Shown here piece after piece: positions 37,031-51,165 of a stretch of DNA of 64,000 nucleotides. This stretch comes from Selaginella moellendorffii (Eukaryota; Plantae; Lycopodiophyta). Each line of letters starts with the position of its first letter. The stretch's first letter is position 1. The stretch lies in NCBI RefSeq assembly GCF_000143415.4, contig NW_003314376.1, positions 208,844 to 272,843 on the forward strand, in the 5' to 3' direction. Below the pieces are notes generated by a model, which saw only the letters and a list, made by a program, of their open reading frames with translations, did no database searches and was not told the DNA's origin. Position numbers and translations under genes: made by a program.

Positions 37031-38786
37031 ATATATATTTTATATATTATATGGCTATTGGGATGGATCCAAATCTTAAAATTTGGATTCACTGCAATAT
37101 CTTAATATGGGGGGTTTATGACATTGGAAAAGAAATAGATATTGGTATTATATTTGAATTTGATATATATTTATAAATAAACATTTACTTATAAATTACT
37201 CATAAAATAACAAAAGGACATTTTTTAAAGTTACACTAAAATGGATTTTATAGTAATAAATGTATATTCAGTAATACTAAATATAGTGAATTTATTCTGT
37301 AAATTAGGTCAGAAGGTAAAACCTCTATTAAATAGGAAATATTGCCACTCAGATCTAAATATTCTTTAAATTTAAATTTTTAAAAAATACCTGTTTAATA
37401 AAAATATTGCCACGAAAACATTAAGAAATTATTATTTCGTGTACCAGAATATTTGAAAATATTTTTAATGACTCCTTTTGCTCTCTCTATTATCAGATCT
37501 GTATAGGACTACATTAAGTTGTACATTCATGAGGTCAGTAGGAAGGCATTGATTTGCTTGTTACAACTTACAAGTTCCAAAGGCATTAGTTTGGTTTTGG
37601 TACAAGATCCAGGCAGGACAACATGCTTGGAATACAAGGAATGGAGAGAGGCCACCTTGAAACAAAATCCATCACCTAGTAAGCTTTTAATAATTGGTTT
37701 CTTTGGATTGATCAAGCATGCCCAATATCTCTATTTGTTTGTTCAGAAAAGCAAATGCACTTAAATTTTGAAAGAATGTGAAGGTGACGTTTCCAATTTT
37801 GAACTTTTGTAAGAAAAACAAGTTACTCATTTTAAAAGACTTTTAGCTATACAAATATGTAGCTAAATATGTTTACTAGCAAACCAAAATACCAATTAAT
37901 ATTAGTGTTTAGACAATTTGATTGGTACAGAAGACCATACCAGTTGATTTATATTGTGTTGGTTTTACCAATTGCTTTACTCATCCTCTTGCATAACACT
38001 GCAAAGCAAAACACTATCCCTTTTCCTCCTCCTCTTGTGATTACTATTACTATAATATGTATTATTATTATAAGCATTAGTAACATTCTTCATGGTTGCC
38101 TGCAGATGCAGCTTCTTGGCTATAGAAACTTGCTGGAGATGGTGGGCTTTCCAAAGCTCATCTCTCAAAAGGCTCTTGAAATGCAACAAAAGCTGCCAGA
38201 ATCTCCAAGGATGAGTATTAGAATGGTGAAGAGAAAAGTTTAGCATTTTTGTTTCTTTGCTAAGGGGAGATAGCTCAGATGGTAGAGCGCTCGCTTAGGA
38301 TCAATAACCAGCATCTCCAAATATGTTTGATTATTGGATCGTTCTAGGCGTTTTGACCGATTTTACTGGTGTTGACCTCTGGGGGAGCTATGGATGGATG
38401 TTGCACCGTGAGACTGTCAACAGAGCAATGCATAGATATTTATCTTGTGTTTCTTTTTCCCACTTTTTTGCAAACGAGTAAAAAAGTTTCGTTCACTGCG
38501 AGTACATTAGGATTGAGCCTGGAAAGGAGTTGCCATCAAATTAAAGATGACTTATCTTTTTGAAATATTGAGCACTTCGTGATTGTGAGATTAAATCGCT
38601 GTTCACATCTAGGTTTGGGCTCTTTGGCATGCTCAGTTCAAGTCCGACAATCCACAGCGTCACAAGCTCTTGTTTTTTTCACAAAGCCAAAAGTACCTCT
38701 TTATTTTCTATTTTCTAAGTCAAGGGTTAGGTTATAATCTTTCTCGCTTGGATTTTTCTATTGTCGAAGCTCTCGTCAGGTAAGCT

Positions 38787-39560
38787 ATGGTCTCTCGCGC
38801 TCACGCCGCCCCAACGCTTGCCCGCCGAGCTCCAGCGCCCTGGCATGGCGGCCATCACCGAGCTTCACACCCGCGAGCTCCAGCTCTAGCTCCAGCACAT
38901 CCACCACACCACCATGGACACCATCCTCGAGGAGCCCACGAGCCAGTGCCAGGTTTAGCTCCAGTTCTTCAAGGTGACGCTCCAGTTCGAGCCCCAGCCC
39001 CAGCTGCTTTCGTTCACCCTGCTCGCGGCCACCCTGCTCATCTAGCTCCAGCTCCTGATGCTCACCACCACGATCCAGCTCCAGCAGCAGCAGTGTACCA
39101 TCATCATCACGGTGATGGAGCTCCTCTGGTTGTTCACCACCATCACCATGGTCACCACCATGGTCACCACCATGGAGGACGCCACAACCACCACCACCAC
39201 CACCACCACCACCACCACCATCGTCGCGAGGGTCACGACGCAGCAGTGGCCACACCAACACCCGCAGCAGTAGTTACAGTGGTTCGGAGGACGCCGTGGT
39301 CGCTGCTCCAGCTTCTTCTGTGGGTTTTGGTTGCAATCTTGGTGCTGCTCGCATTCTTTTTGCTCGTGCGATGGATGTTCTCTCGGAGGAAGCAGCGCAG
39401 TAATGCGATCTTTCAGGATCCCGGGTGGCAGATCGAAGTTGTGGTGGACGATTCTCTGACTGAGAAGAAACAGCTGGAAGCTCACACTCGTGGTTCGCAC
39501 AGCAATTGCACTCTGGGATTCTCCTCAAAGTGTCCTGCCAACACTGGCAGTGACGCGTAA
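38787..39560 (+). CDS. His/Pro/Ala-rich single-pass membrane protein (copy 3, 257 aa)
   Basis: As above, longer His tract. Confidence 0.7.
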   Translation: MVSRAHAAPTLARRAPAPWHGGHHRASHPRAPALAPAHPPHHHGHHPRGAHEPVPGLAPVLQGDAPVRAPAPAAFVHPARGHPAHLAPAPDAHHHDPAPAAAVYHHHHGDGAPLVVHHHHHGHHHGHHHGGRHNHHHHHHHHHHHRREGHDAAVATPTPAAVVTVVRRTPWSLLQLLLWVLVAILVLLAFFLLVRWMFSRRKQRSNAIFQDPGWQIEVVVDDSLTEKKQLEAHTRGSHSNCTLGFSSKCPANTGSDA

Positions 39561-42500
39561 GTCAGCACAGTGCATGCCTTGTCACATGGAAGATTGTGTA
39601 CAAACAATCTTCAAGGAGATGAAGTTGCAGAGCAACAAGACAGCAGGGTCTTGCTCACGGACGGTGAAGATCACATACAAGGGTCCACTGGTGGAAGTCA
39701 CCAGACTTGGAAGTTATTGCGCAGCTGGCTCGGAACATGGACTGGAAAGTAGAGCAGGAACCTACCAAGTTTGGATTTGACTGAGCTATCCTCTAGAGGT
39801 GACGGGGGAGCAGACGTTAGTGCACCTCCAAAGGCCAGAGAAGTTGCTTGAGACGAAAGGTTTGAGAAAAGGTAACGTACTACTTTTGCTCTCTGTTCTT
39901 GCAGGTGCTCAAATCTCAACTTCGATGAGAAGAAGCAGAGCAGGGCATAGCGGCCAGATAGGTTTCTCCAGAGTCAAGAGCATCATAAGCCAGGAATCAA
40001 GCAAGTGCAAAATTGTGGAAGTATGGTCGAAGTCTACACCGCGGCTTGCAACACAGGTTGTTTGACAGGATGGGACGAAGAACAGGATAGGTTGGTCTAC
40101 CTCACAAATTAACCCAATGCATTCGTCGCAAGCAGCCTCGTGGACATGTGGAAGCATCGGAAGTGTTCAGGAGGACAAAGAAACACGACGTTGGTTGCCT
40201 GGAACACGATCATCATGGGACATGCACGTCTTCTATCAGATGCAACGAGAAGCTGGCCTGCCTCCAAACGCTGAGACTTTGCATGGAGCAGCAAAACGTC
40301 GTTTCCTGGGAACAACCTTTGCTCTTGACTGCTACGAGCAAGCCGCAGCCAAACGCTCAGACTTTCATGGTGGCGCTCAAGGCACGCGGCGACTTAGCAG
40401 AGAAGAGGCTCCACTCGCAGATCTGGGAGAGAAATCTGGAGGGAATCCAGTACTCAGCGTGGTCGCTCAATGAGAGAAAAGCTTTTCTTGGGAGGTCGGT
40501 AAACTTTGCAAGGAAAGAGTGTCAGGCAAGGTTGATGGAGCCGTCAATCAAAGATGGTACCTGAAAAGATGCGAATGGATCTTAGCTGGCACACCTTGGT
40601 GAAGAGATAAAAAATATGAGAGACAATACTTATCTCTTAATTAATTTGCTGTAGTACCATTCATTGAGTAATTTAGTTATAAACTTATTTGAGATTAATA
40701 TTATAGTAGAATAAACAAAAATATACTAGAAAGTGTTTATATGGAAGTTTATAGATTATAATCAAAAAGATTAATCTAAATGAACAACAACTATTAGATA
40801 TTAAAATATCCTAGAATCTCCAAGCATAGTTTAAGTATATTCAATACCACCATATTTATAGTGTTTGGTCACCTTAAACCTGTAGAAGCTTATTCACAAA
40901 CTTATTTACATTATTATATAGAAATTTTTTCCCAAAACTTCTTTGATTAAACCCATATTAAACTTGGGATTTAAGTTTCTCCGAGATTTTGTTGTTGATT
41001 AGATGTTATGTTTTTCTTTTAACCATGCTCTGAATAAATATATAACTTTTATAACTATAATTCAAGTTCTTTAAATCTTTTTTAATTTCATATTAGTAGA
41101 CAAGAAACAACAAACATATGAACATTACAAATACTTGGTCAAAGGAAGCAAAGACAGCATACTCAAAAGCATTATAATTGAAAGTAAAAAATAACCATCA
41201 AGCCGGAATACCATCATTATGAGTATATAATTCTCAAGTATGGAAGTGATATTATAAATGGGAAGCTTTACAACATCATAATCAACCAATTCCCGAGTTG
41301 CAATTACATATAAACATTAAAATTCTGAAATCTTTCATCCTTTGCATAGGATGGATCCAAATGTTAAAGTTTGGATTCATCATAACGTCTGAACATGAGG
41401 TGAAAAAAATGGATATTGGTATTGTATTTGAAACTAAAATAAACTTTATCTATAAATTACACTGAAAACAATATAGGGCATTTCTTATAATTTCACTCAA
41501 AGAGAGAGTTAATTCTTCAATAGAAGAAAAACGTGCAACCATCATGAAACTTAAATGTATTAACGACCTTGTCTAGATCAGCTGAAAGAAGGCACAAAGA
41601 AACTTGCCAAGCATCAGCAAGACAAAAGCACACAATTTACTTTGGACAACTCTCTATCATGAAATCAAAAAAGATTTAAAGAACTTGAATCATAGTTACA
41701 AAGTTGTACATTTGTACAGGACAGAATGTAACATCTAATCTACTTGGAGAAGCTTGAGTCCCAAGTTTTCAAGTTAAGTTTAAGTGACCAAACACCATAG
41801 ATATATAATTTCCTATATAAATAACCATTTGTGAAATATGATCCAGAGCATGATTGTCTCTGATATTTTTATCTTTTGACCATGGTGTGCCCCCTAAGAT
41901 CCTTTCGCCTGTTTTCATCTTTGTTTGGGTTTTGTTGATGGCTCCGTCAATCTTGCGTCACACTCTTTCTCCATTTTCCTCACAAAGTTTACCAACAAGC
42001 TCCCGAGATGAGCAACACCTCCTAATACCCTCTCCACAATAAGATTGTATGTCCATTCCCGTCCCTGAAATAACATGTCATTGATGAAGAAGTCAAACAA
42101 CAAGATACTTACCATGTGTAAGGAGATAAGCTCCAGAGCCTTCACAGCTCAGTTTCGCCTTCACAAGGAGGTATTTGGCTTATGTGATGCTTAGGCCAAG
42201 ATGGTCGAGCTAGTTAGAAGTCCTTGACTTCAAGCTGTTTTAGCTATAAGATGAAACAAAAAAGCTATGAACTAAAAACTACCACACTTCCTATAGAATG
42301 TGATGAGTGAGCACGCGAGTAGTGGAGCCTCTTCGCCTAAGTCTCCCCGTGCCTTGAGCGCCACCATGAAAGTCTGAGCGTTGGGCTGCCAGCTTGCTCA
42401 TAGCGCTCGAGAGCAAAGGTTGTTCTCGGTGTATCCCAGGAAACGATGTTTTGCTGCTCCATGCAAAGTCTCAGCGTTTGGAGGTAGGCCAGCTTCTTGT

Positions 42501-43946
42501 TGCATCCGATAGAAGAAGTGCATGTCCCGTGATGATCGTGTTCCAGGCATGTTTCTTCGTCCTCCGGAACACTTCTGAGGCTTCCACATGTCCACGAGGC
42601 TGCTTGCGACAAATGCATCGGCTTCGTTTGATTCCCGGCTTATGATGCTCTTGACTCTGGAGAAACTTATCTGGCCACTATGCCCTGTACTGCTTCTTCT
42701 CTCGAAGTTGAGATTTGAGCGCCTGCAAGAATAGAGAGCAAAAGTAGTACGTTACATTTTCTCAAACCTTTCGTCTCGAGCAACCTCTCTGGCCTTTGGA
42801 GGTGCACCAACGTCTGCTCCCTTGTCACCTCTAGAGGATAGCTCGTAAATCCTTCATCAAATCGAAACTTGGTAGGTTCTTGCTCTACCTTCCAATCCAT
42901 GTTCCGAGCCAGTTGTGTCATAACTTCCAAGTCTAGCGACTTCCACCAGTCAACCCTTGTATGTGATCTCTGGGTGAGATCACCGTCAGTGAGCAAGAGC
43001 CTACTGTCTTCTTGCTCTGCAACTTCATCTCCTTGAAGATTGATTCTACACAATCTTCCCTGTGACAACACATGCACTGTGCTGACTTACGTGTCACTGC
43101 CAGTGTTGGCAGGACACTTTGCGGAGAATTCCAGTGTACCATTGCTGTGGGAACTACGAGTGTGAGCATCCAGCTGTTTCTTCTCAGTCGGAGAATCGTC
43201 CACCACAACTTCCAGATGATCCGTCACTTCGATCTGCCACCCGGGCTCCTGAAAGATCGCATTCCTGCACTGCTTCCTTTGAGATAACATGCATCGCTCA
43301 ATCACCAAATGCTCTCCACAGTATAGGTATGATATTTCAAAAAGAGAAATGGATATCTTTCCAATCCTAATGTCCTACTTGCAGTGACACGCCACTTTGC
43401 ATACTTAGAATAACGAAACTCTTTTTTTCCTCGTTTTTCAACTTAGCACTCATTGAATGTGATCACGGAGACACAAGCCATCAGCGTGCACAAACTACTT
43501 CCCTACAGGAAACTGGGGAAAAGAAACACGAGATAAATATCTATCCATTGCTGTTTTGATAGTCTCACGGTGCCCAACCGAAAGCATGAGACCAATAGAT
43601 GCAAAATTGCAAGTTGGATTATCTTTGTCATGTAGATGGCATCCTTGTTGTCTTCACGCTCCTGCCTACCAGTCTTCTTTTTCTCGGCCGGTGGAGGTCT
43701 CTTATTATGGTTGCCTCTATTGCAGACACAACATATCAAAGTAGTTTCATAATGTCAGAGGCAAAAGCAAAAGAATTAACCCATCTGGGTACTGGAATAA
43801 AAGCCAGTTTGCCACAGACGGTAGAGCAGCAATCCAGTGACCCAACAGTGGAGGGAACTAGCACCATCCGGTTTTACTTCTTCATCAAGTGGTCAACCAT
43901 AGTCAACACCAGTAAAATCGGTCAAAATGCTTGGAATGATTGAATT

Positions 43947-43998
43947 CCGGTGCCTCTCGCATGCTAAGCAAGCGCTCTACCATCTGAGCTACATCCCC
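43947..43998 (-). pseudogene. tRNA-Ala(AGC), 3'-truncated
   Basis: 5' 52 nt present; T loop and 3' acceptor strand deleted. Confidence 0.8.
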
Positions 43999-44210
43999 TT
44001 AGAATAGAAACAAAAATGCAAAGCTTTTCTCTTCACCAGTCTAGTACTCATCCTTGGAGATTCTGGCGTGTTTTGTCACATTTCAAGAGTTTTTTGATTG
44101 ATTCTAGAGCTCTAGCTATGGAGGAAAATACTCAAGGTCATGAGATCTCATCTTGGCAACGTCTTATTAAGTGCTCTAGGTTTAAGGCCGAGGGATTTGT
44201 GGAGCATACC

Positions 44211-47200
44211 TGTAGCCCATGTGGTTTTGACCCTTTATCCTATGGTGATTTACCATAGGATAACACCACGAAGCGGAACCTAAACCCTCTTTGTGCCATG
44301 TGACAGATGCCACGTGTCACATGCCACGTGTCCAAAGGAACGTGGTGTGGAACCCAAGGTTCAAGGCCTTGGGCCACTGAACAAAAGAATGGTGCCAAAC
44401 TCCCAAGCGTGAAGCCGATATGGGTACTCCACCAACTAGCATGGAATGGAACTTGGGCTTAAACCCAAGCCGGACGCAGAACAAGGATAGGCACGCAAGC
44501 GGGAGCTAGACTATGCCTCAGGTTGGTCAGCCATGCCCGACCTACCCACCATCCCTACTATACATTTGGAACCCCCCCNNNNNNNNNNNNNNNNNNNNNN
44601 NNNNNNNNNNNNNNNNNNNNNNNNNNNNNNNNNNNNNNNNNNNNNNNNNNNNNNNNNNNNNNNNNNNNNNNNNNNNNNAGACACTTAGGAATCCTTCCTT
44701 ATGCTCATCCGGCTAAGTACAGATGCAAAGTCCTGTTTACTAACACTTGAACAAGGGGGACTAATAAAGGGTCCAGCAATACCGACCTACCATCATGGCA
44801 GTAAGGTAAGAGTGTCTGTAAGGACTGGTCGATAGGTAATTTTCGATACCCGAAGTCACATTCGCGACACTCTCCCCCCCTTGGGAAGATCGACGTCCTC
44901 GTCGATGCATACTCGAGTTTAGAATACCACCAAGGAAACAACTCCAGAAAAAGTTCACGGTACTCACACTATGTGAGAAATGCACCAACTTAAATGAGTT
45001 AGAGGGCAACCTCTTTGTCTAACGCGGATGCGCTACCAGCTTAGACACCTTCCGACCGTCGCCGACAAGGAAATGACCAACGGAGTCAGCCACCCTTGCT
45101 GCTCTGGGTGTCACTCAGCTACAAAAGTGTGATACGCCCCTGCTCGCAGGAACATAGAGAGAGAAGCTAAAGGCCCCAACCCTCCTGAGCAAAGAAACCA
45201 AACCTGTCGGTAAGGTTTAGATAGACTACTGTAAACAGGCAGTTAGAGTTGTTTACACGGTCACACCCTTTTAACGGAATAAGGAACATCAATAGAGAGG
45301 CGGGTTATGTGACCAGTCGACAGTAGCTACCCCATGACTAGAGATTTCACCATGCACACGAAGTGCCGAAGCCAGTCTGCCTATACTGGCCCAAACTCAA
45401 AGATCAATATATGGACTATATCAAAGTCATAGATAATGATATCATAGAGTTTTAATTATCAGTGAATAAAGCTTAAATTAGAACATAAAAGTATTCCAAG
45501 TAAGTTATCATCCGATAAACCAGTATTACAGTATAGGAACCATCAAGATCAATAGAGTTGGTAAATATAGGATTCACCATTCTACAAAATTCAATAGCTA
45601 GTATATCATCAAGTAAACTCAATGAAAAAACTTAACTACTGAAGATTGTAGACAGTATGCTAAACAACTTACCAAAGATAACTCAAAGAACACAAAGTAT
45701 CCTTAACCAATAAGCACAATGCTCGCGAATGTATCACCCGAAGGAAATAACATTCTAATCTATCAAAACTAACTCGAGCAACAATCAGTAGAACATAATG
45801 AATGTGGTAGAACCAACAAACATTTAGTCATGCCAACCATCACACCAACCAATCTGAGTAGATCCCGGTCAATAGTACAAAGGAACCCAAGTTACTTTAG
45901 CAAGTGTTAGCAACATCCTACTGATGTCTCAAAACCAAGAGACCAATCCAGAGCAAACCACAAACAACATGTGGTATTGCGAAAAGCCATAAGCTATCAA
46001 AGAGAACAACTAACCATCATGAAAGATCATCAATCATCCCATCAATAGAGAAATGCATAATCGTCATCGAAGAAAAAATCCACCATACCGAAGAATGGCA
46101 AATCATTCTAGATCAATGAGAATCAAGCAAAACCTTTAACAAGGATAATCAACTATCCTAGATGATAGTCAATCATCACCAATGATTGTTAAATGCAAAA
46201 ACCCACTTCAACATCGAAGCTAGTGAGCCAAAATGCCTTCCCCAACAACTTCAAACAAATGGAACAATGAGCATAAAAACTCAAGAAACCAAAAGTTTGA
46301 AGAAGTCTATAGCCAAGTTTTGTCTAAAAATGATCACAAGTCTCATAGAAGCTAACTTCAATGCTAAAGAAGAAATCATGGTGCAACCCACAATATCTTC
46401 CTCAACACATCCATAACCTAAACTTCATAATGCCAAAGCTAATGAAGAGCATTTCTGCATCAATCCAAAAGTTAAGCATAACGAAGCTATGCTTAACAAG
46501 TGATCATCAAACGATCCTCCATGAATCCATCTATAGCAAGACGTAACGCACATCATAACAAACACAAAAGAAATCATCAATGATCAATATATTCCAACTC
46601 AAATCTAATAAGGATTCAAATATTCAATATCAATTACTAACTCATCCTCTTGTAAAGCTAGTATAGTTCACAACTAAATCATGTTTCAAGAAAAAGCTAA
46701 AGCTCATCCCCTACTAAACAATCTCATCAAGAACACAACTAACTCAACTTGCCACTCAGTTCGTTTGAACGTCAACACAGTTGCTAACTAACAAATGCAC
46801 GAATGCCAACAACACAAAGAAGCCAAATCATCAACACTATCTTCATCAAGACTAATGAAACTCAATATCAATCTTTGGGAGGATATCTTATTTCACTGGA
46901 ATCTCAATATCAACAATGTCAATGACAAGGCATCACTTCAATGCAATCAACACCATAACAAAGCTAAAAAAAAGCACAAGTGAATCATCACCCAAAACTC
47001 TTTAGCAACTAAGCTAACTAAAGTCAAAGATACTTTACTCAGTATCTGAGACTAATCCTTCAACAACACTCAGCTACAGATAACACATCATCAAGGAGTG
47101 ATTCACCACGTCCAAGACTCAATGAAATCTAACACTATAGACTAAATGTAACCAAATGATATCGTCAGAGGTAGAGTCGACATGTCAACATGTCAACATG

Positions 47201-50200
47201 AAAAAAAAAATCATGTTAGTCTAATAACACAATCCTCCGCAACACCATTTGGTAAAGCAAGCCCATCTCTACTAAATTATCATCGAGCAAAGCAAGTGTC
47301 AGTACTCCTTGACTAAGTCTATAAGTAATCATTAGTCGCAAAGCAACTAACAATCACTCCTCAACTTGCCTTTACAAGACCCAAACACCAACTTTTGTCA
47401 ACAAGTTATATACTTGTCTAACATGGACATAATACCCCAGGTACAAGATAAAAGTTCATAAACAAGCACAAACTAAATTACCACTCGAATCCAACTCAAC
47501 CGCAATAAGCTCACTAATGCATTTAGCCAATAGCTCTAAGCATGCCTTGAAGAGGCTAGCTATGCGTAATCAACATTTAGGCAAAACTAAAGTGAAAACC
47601 ACGAGATGGACTCATATCGGTACACAACCTCCTTATAGACATAGCTATAGTACAGGTACCAATATCTCAACTTCAGACAACTAAGTTGGACATTACCATC
47701 CTCAGCCAAGGCACAGGGCCACCAAGACTAAGTCAAGATCAGTGAAAGCTCACTACTCTCATAGAGTCTAATGTAATGCAAGGTGCAACCTGCCACCAAG
47801 CACAACGTTACAAAAGAAAGGTAAAAGGGTCACCTTTATGAGAAAAGTGCACAACCACTTTTTTACACCAACTCCAGACTCTATCCAACGCAATTGCCTT
47901 AACCCCAAAAGTCAGCATCCCTTTCGGGCCATATCATACAAACTACTTACCAAGGTCTAAGCTAACCGAAGTCAACTCCAACCCCTTCACTAGTTTGTAC
48001 TGGCTTACGAAAACGGAAAGGTTTTCGAGCAAAATGATCGACAGATCAGCCATTGGAAAAGCCTAAGAAAATTTGTGGAAAATTTTCCATCCTAGAGAAA
48101 GAATGACTCTCAGTTCAGGAATACAAACTTTCAAGACTCAACCAACTTCCTCCTACTAACAACTTCACATAGGTTCACCTCAACACAAATTCTCATGATC
48201 CATCAATATGCTTAAGCATCGAACATCTTTGCCCATTTTTCTGATATCCAACACCGATATCCGCAAAAATGTAAAATGAACATCCAAGGCTTGATCACGA
48301 AGACCACATCTTCAGATATCCACATTGCACTAACACTCTTCTTCAACCACCTTCAAGATCCAATATGAAGCAAAAACACTGACAAGAAAAATGACATGGA
48401 AAATCAAGCTTTAAGGAAAATTCCTTATCACTCGAATAACAATGCCACTTTTACTAACACAAATGCTAGTGATGTCGATGCCTCAACTACACACCTTCTC
48501 CATCCAACAATCTACTCCAAGTGTTAACGGATCAACTGATGAGCTATAGCAAATGAAAGTTACAACCCTTTTCCAACACCTCAATGGGCAAACTCAAGGA
48601 AACAAGGTACCAACATAAGCTTAGCATAATTGAACCACCATTGAGAATCCCGTCAAAGCTACTACAATGCTACTTTGTGTAAGTAGACTAGCATCACCAT
48701 CAACCACTTTGGGGTTGATCATCTTTTAACCAAGCAACTTCGTAAACACATTGCTCACTATCACTTGGATATGATATGGAAATCACAATGACTTGATCAT
48801 CAATTGAGCAACACCATAAGCAATGCACATGTCACTACTGCAAAGGTTTATGTGAGTATCAAGTGCTAACTCAATTCGATAAAATGCAACATAAATGTCA
48901 CACTTCATTGATAGAGATTTACAACACCCAACACCACTAACTTTTGTTCATAACACAGACAAACTCATGCCACTCTCTTTCCGACCAAACTCAGAACTAA
49001 TCCAACACTAAGCTACTCAAGGAGCAATAGCAAGGTTCCCCGGAAAAGAATTGAGCATTATAACCCAAGTTTTCTAATAGCGAGCCTAGACAAAATGGTT
49101 TAGCATTTCACCACTATCCATCCCATAACTCACCATTTGTAAGACCATTATCTTCAAGATGCATCAAGGTAGGGACTCTTGATTGCATGATGTGAACACA
49201 AGCAATGAGTTAACACTTTGTTGCAAATCATCTCTCCAAGAGAAGAAGATGATTTATGTGTTTGATCCTTCGTCCCTGACAACTTTCTTTTTGATCTTAT
49301 CTTTGACTAAACTTCAAGTTTGCTTTCATACTACCTTCAGTCCAATCCAAGAAAAGTTTATGAGAGAGCACAACAATGATTATTTGAACCAATAGACTAA
49401 TCCCTACAGTCTTGATTGATCCACTTATAATCACGCATAGGAAGGATCCACTAGTGCCGTGCTAAACAGCTACGGACTAGCCTATTTGCCACTCATAGCA
49501 AACCCAGGGAAAGTTTACTTTCACCTACGGTATATGGAACAACTAATAGAACCCCCGTTAGGCTAACATTAATCCTGCTAACTCAAAGTGCAACCTTGAG
49601 TTGCTAATGTGCCTCACTCACGAGCCCAAGCGCAAACTCGTGCAACCAGAACAACTCAGTCCTCCTTGTGAGCCCAAGAGCAAACTCACATTATTACGGT
49701 ACAAAAAGGTAACAAAATCCATACCCAAGGGACCATTGCGAAGCCTTTGCACCCAAATGTGTACCCACTCGGATCATCGTTTCCATCTTTGCGTATGCAA
49801 CGAGACTAGTTGCCCAATCTCATTGGATAGTTCTCACCGAGACTTGGCCTCTGATACCAAATGTAGCACACATGGTTTTGACCCTTTATCCTATGGTGAT
49901 TTACCATAGGATAACACCACGAAGCGGAACCTAAACCTTCTTTGAGCCACGTGTCACATGCCACATGTCCAAAGGAACGTGGTGTGGAACCCGAGGTTCA
50001 GGGCCTTGGGCCACTAAACAAAGGAATGGTGCCAAACTCCCAAGCGTGAAGCCAAGGAGTGATGGAACCGGACCACAGAGCAACTCCCAAGTATATAGCC
50101 CAAGGAGCAAAGGGACAGGAGCCCGGAGTGACTTGGAACAGTCCTGGAGCAACCAGCATCCTAATGCCAGGACTAGCACGCAAAACGGAGCCAAACGGAG

Positions 50201-50800
50201 TCTGATGCTATTTTGGCATACCGGTGGCCTAACGTGAGGATATGGGTACTCCACCAACTAGCATGGAATGGAACTTGGGCTTAAACCCAAGCCGGATGCA
50301 AATCAAGGATAGGCACACAAGTGGGAGCTAGACTATGCTTCAAGTTCGTCGGCCATGCCCGACCTACCCACTATCCCTACTATACATTTGGAACCCCCCC
50401 CGCCCCCCCCCCCCTTGAGGAACACATGCTTTGGGCTTTCACCCCAAGCCTCCCTTAGTATTAGGAGTTAATCTCTGGGACAAGCTTGAAACTTACTAAA
50501 TATGGAATGTTCCTAGATTGCGAATTTGGACACGGGACGAACAGTATTGTGTTCAGGACGATCTTTATATTCTGTAGATATGCCAAATGAGCAAATTTGG
50601 AAACTTTCCATAAATAGCATTTGGGACCGAAATGAGACTAACACAAAGGGCATGATAGCGAGGGTGTTTGGCAAACACAGTAAGCTATCATGTAGCAATA
50701 TTGAGGGACCAATCTCAATATGCGAGGGTTCTTGCCAAGCCAGTGTCCGTAAGGACTGGCTGACAGGTAACTTTCAATACCCGAAGTCACATTCGCGACA
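44211..50800 (-). mobile_element. 6.6-kb non-coding (LARD-like) LTR retroelement with 5-bp TSD ATACC
   Basis: LTRs 44211-44869 and 49862-50800 (TGTAG...CGACA); PBS TGGTATCAGAG (tRNA-iMet) at 49849-49859 minus; PPT at 44870-44882 minus; empty site GCATACCCCTGAG in other B copies; no long ORF. Confidence 0.9.
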
Positions 50801-51165
50801 ATACCCCTAAGAATCAAAAGAGATGCATGTGGAATCCACAAGATGGGTTGCTTGATGCGTACGACAGGGCACTCCTTGCAAAGCTGGCAACCATGAAGAA
50901 TGTTGCTAATGCTTATAATAATAATACATATAGTAATAGTACAAACAAGAGGAGGAACAAGGCTAGTGAATTATTTTGCTTTGCAGTGTTATTCAAGATG
51001 GGTAGAAGCAATTGGTAAAACCAAGACAATATAAATCAATTGGTATGATCTTTAGTACCAAATAAATACTAATATTATTTGGTATTTTAATTTGCTAGTA
51101 AACATATTTAGAAGTTTTTTAAAAATGAGTAACTTTACTTTTGCCTTTTTTACAAAATATCAAAA

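Noticed and set aside
42800-43077. DWWKS.DLEVMTQLARNMDWKVEQ segment as a methyltransferase-like exon
   Set aside because: Too short and frame-disrupted among copies to assign
44870-49840. Autonomous gag-pol in the 6.6-kb LTR element
   Set aside because: No ORF over ~100 aa and no convincing RT, RH or INT motifs on either strand
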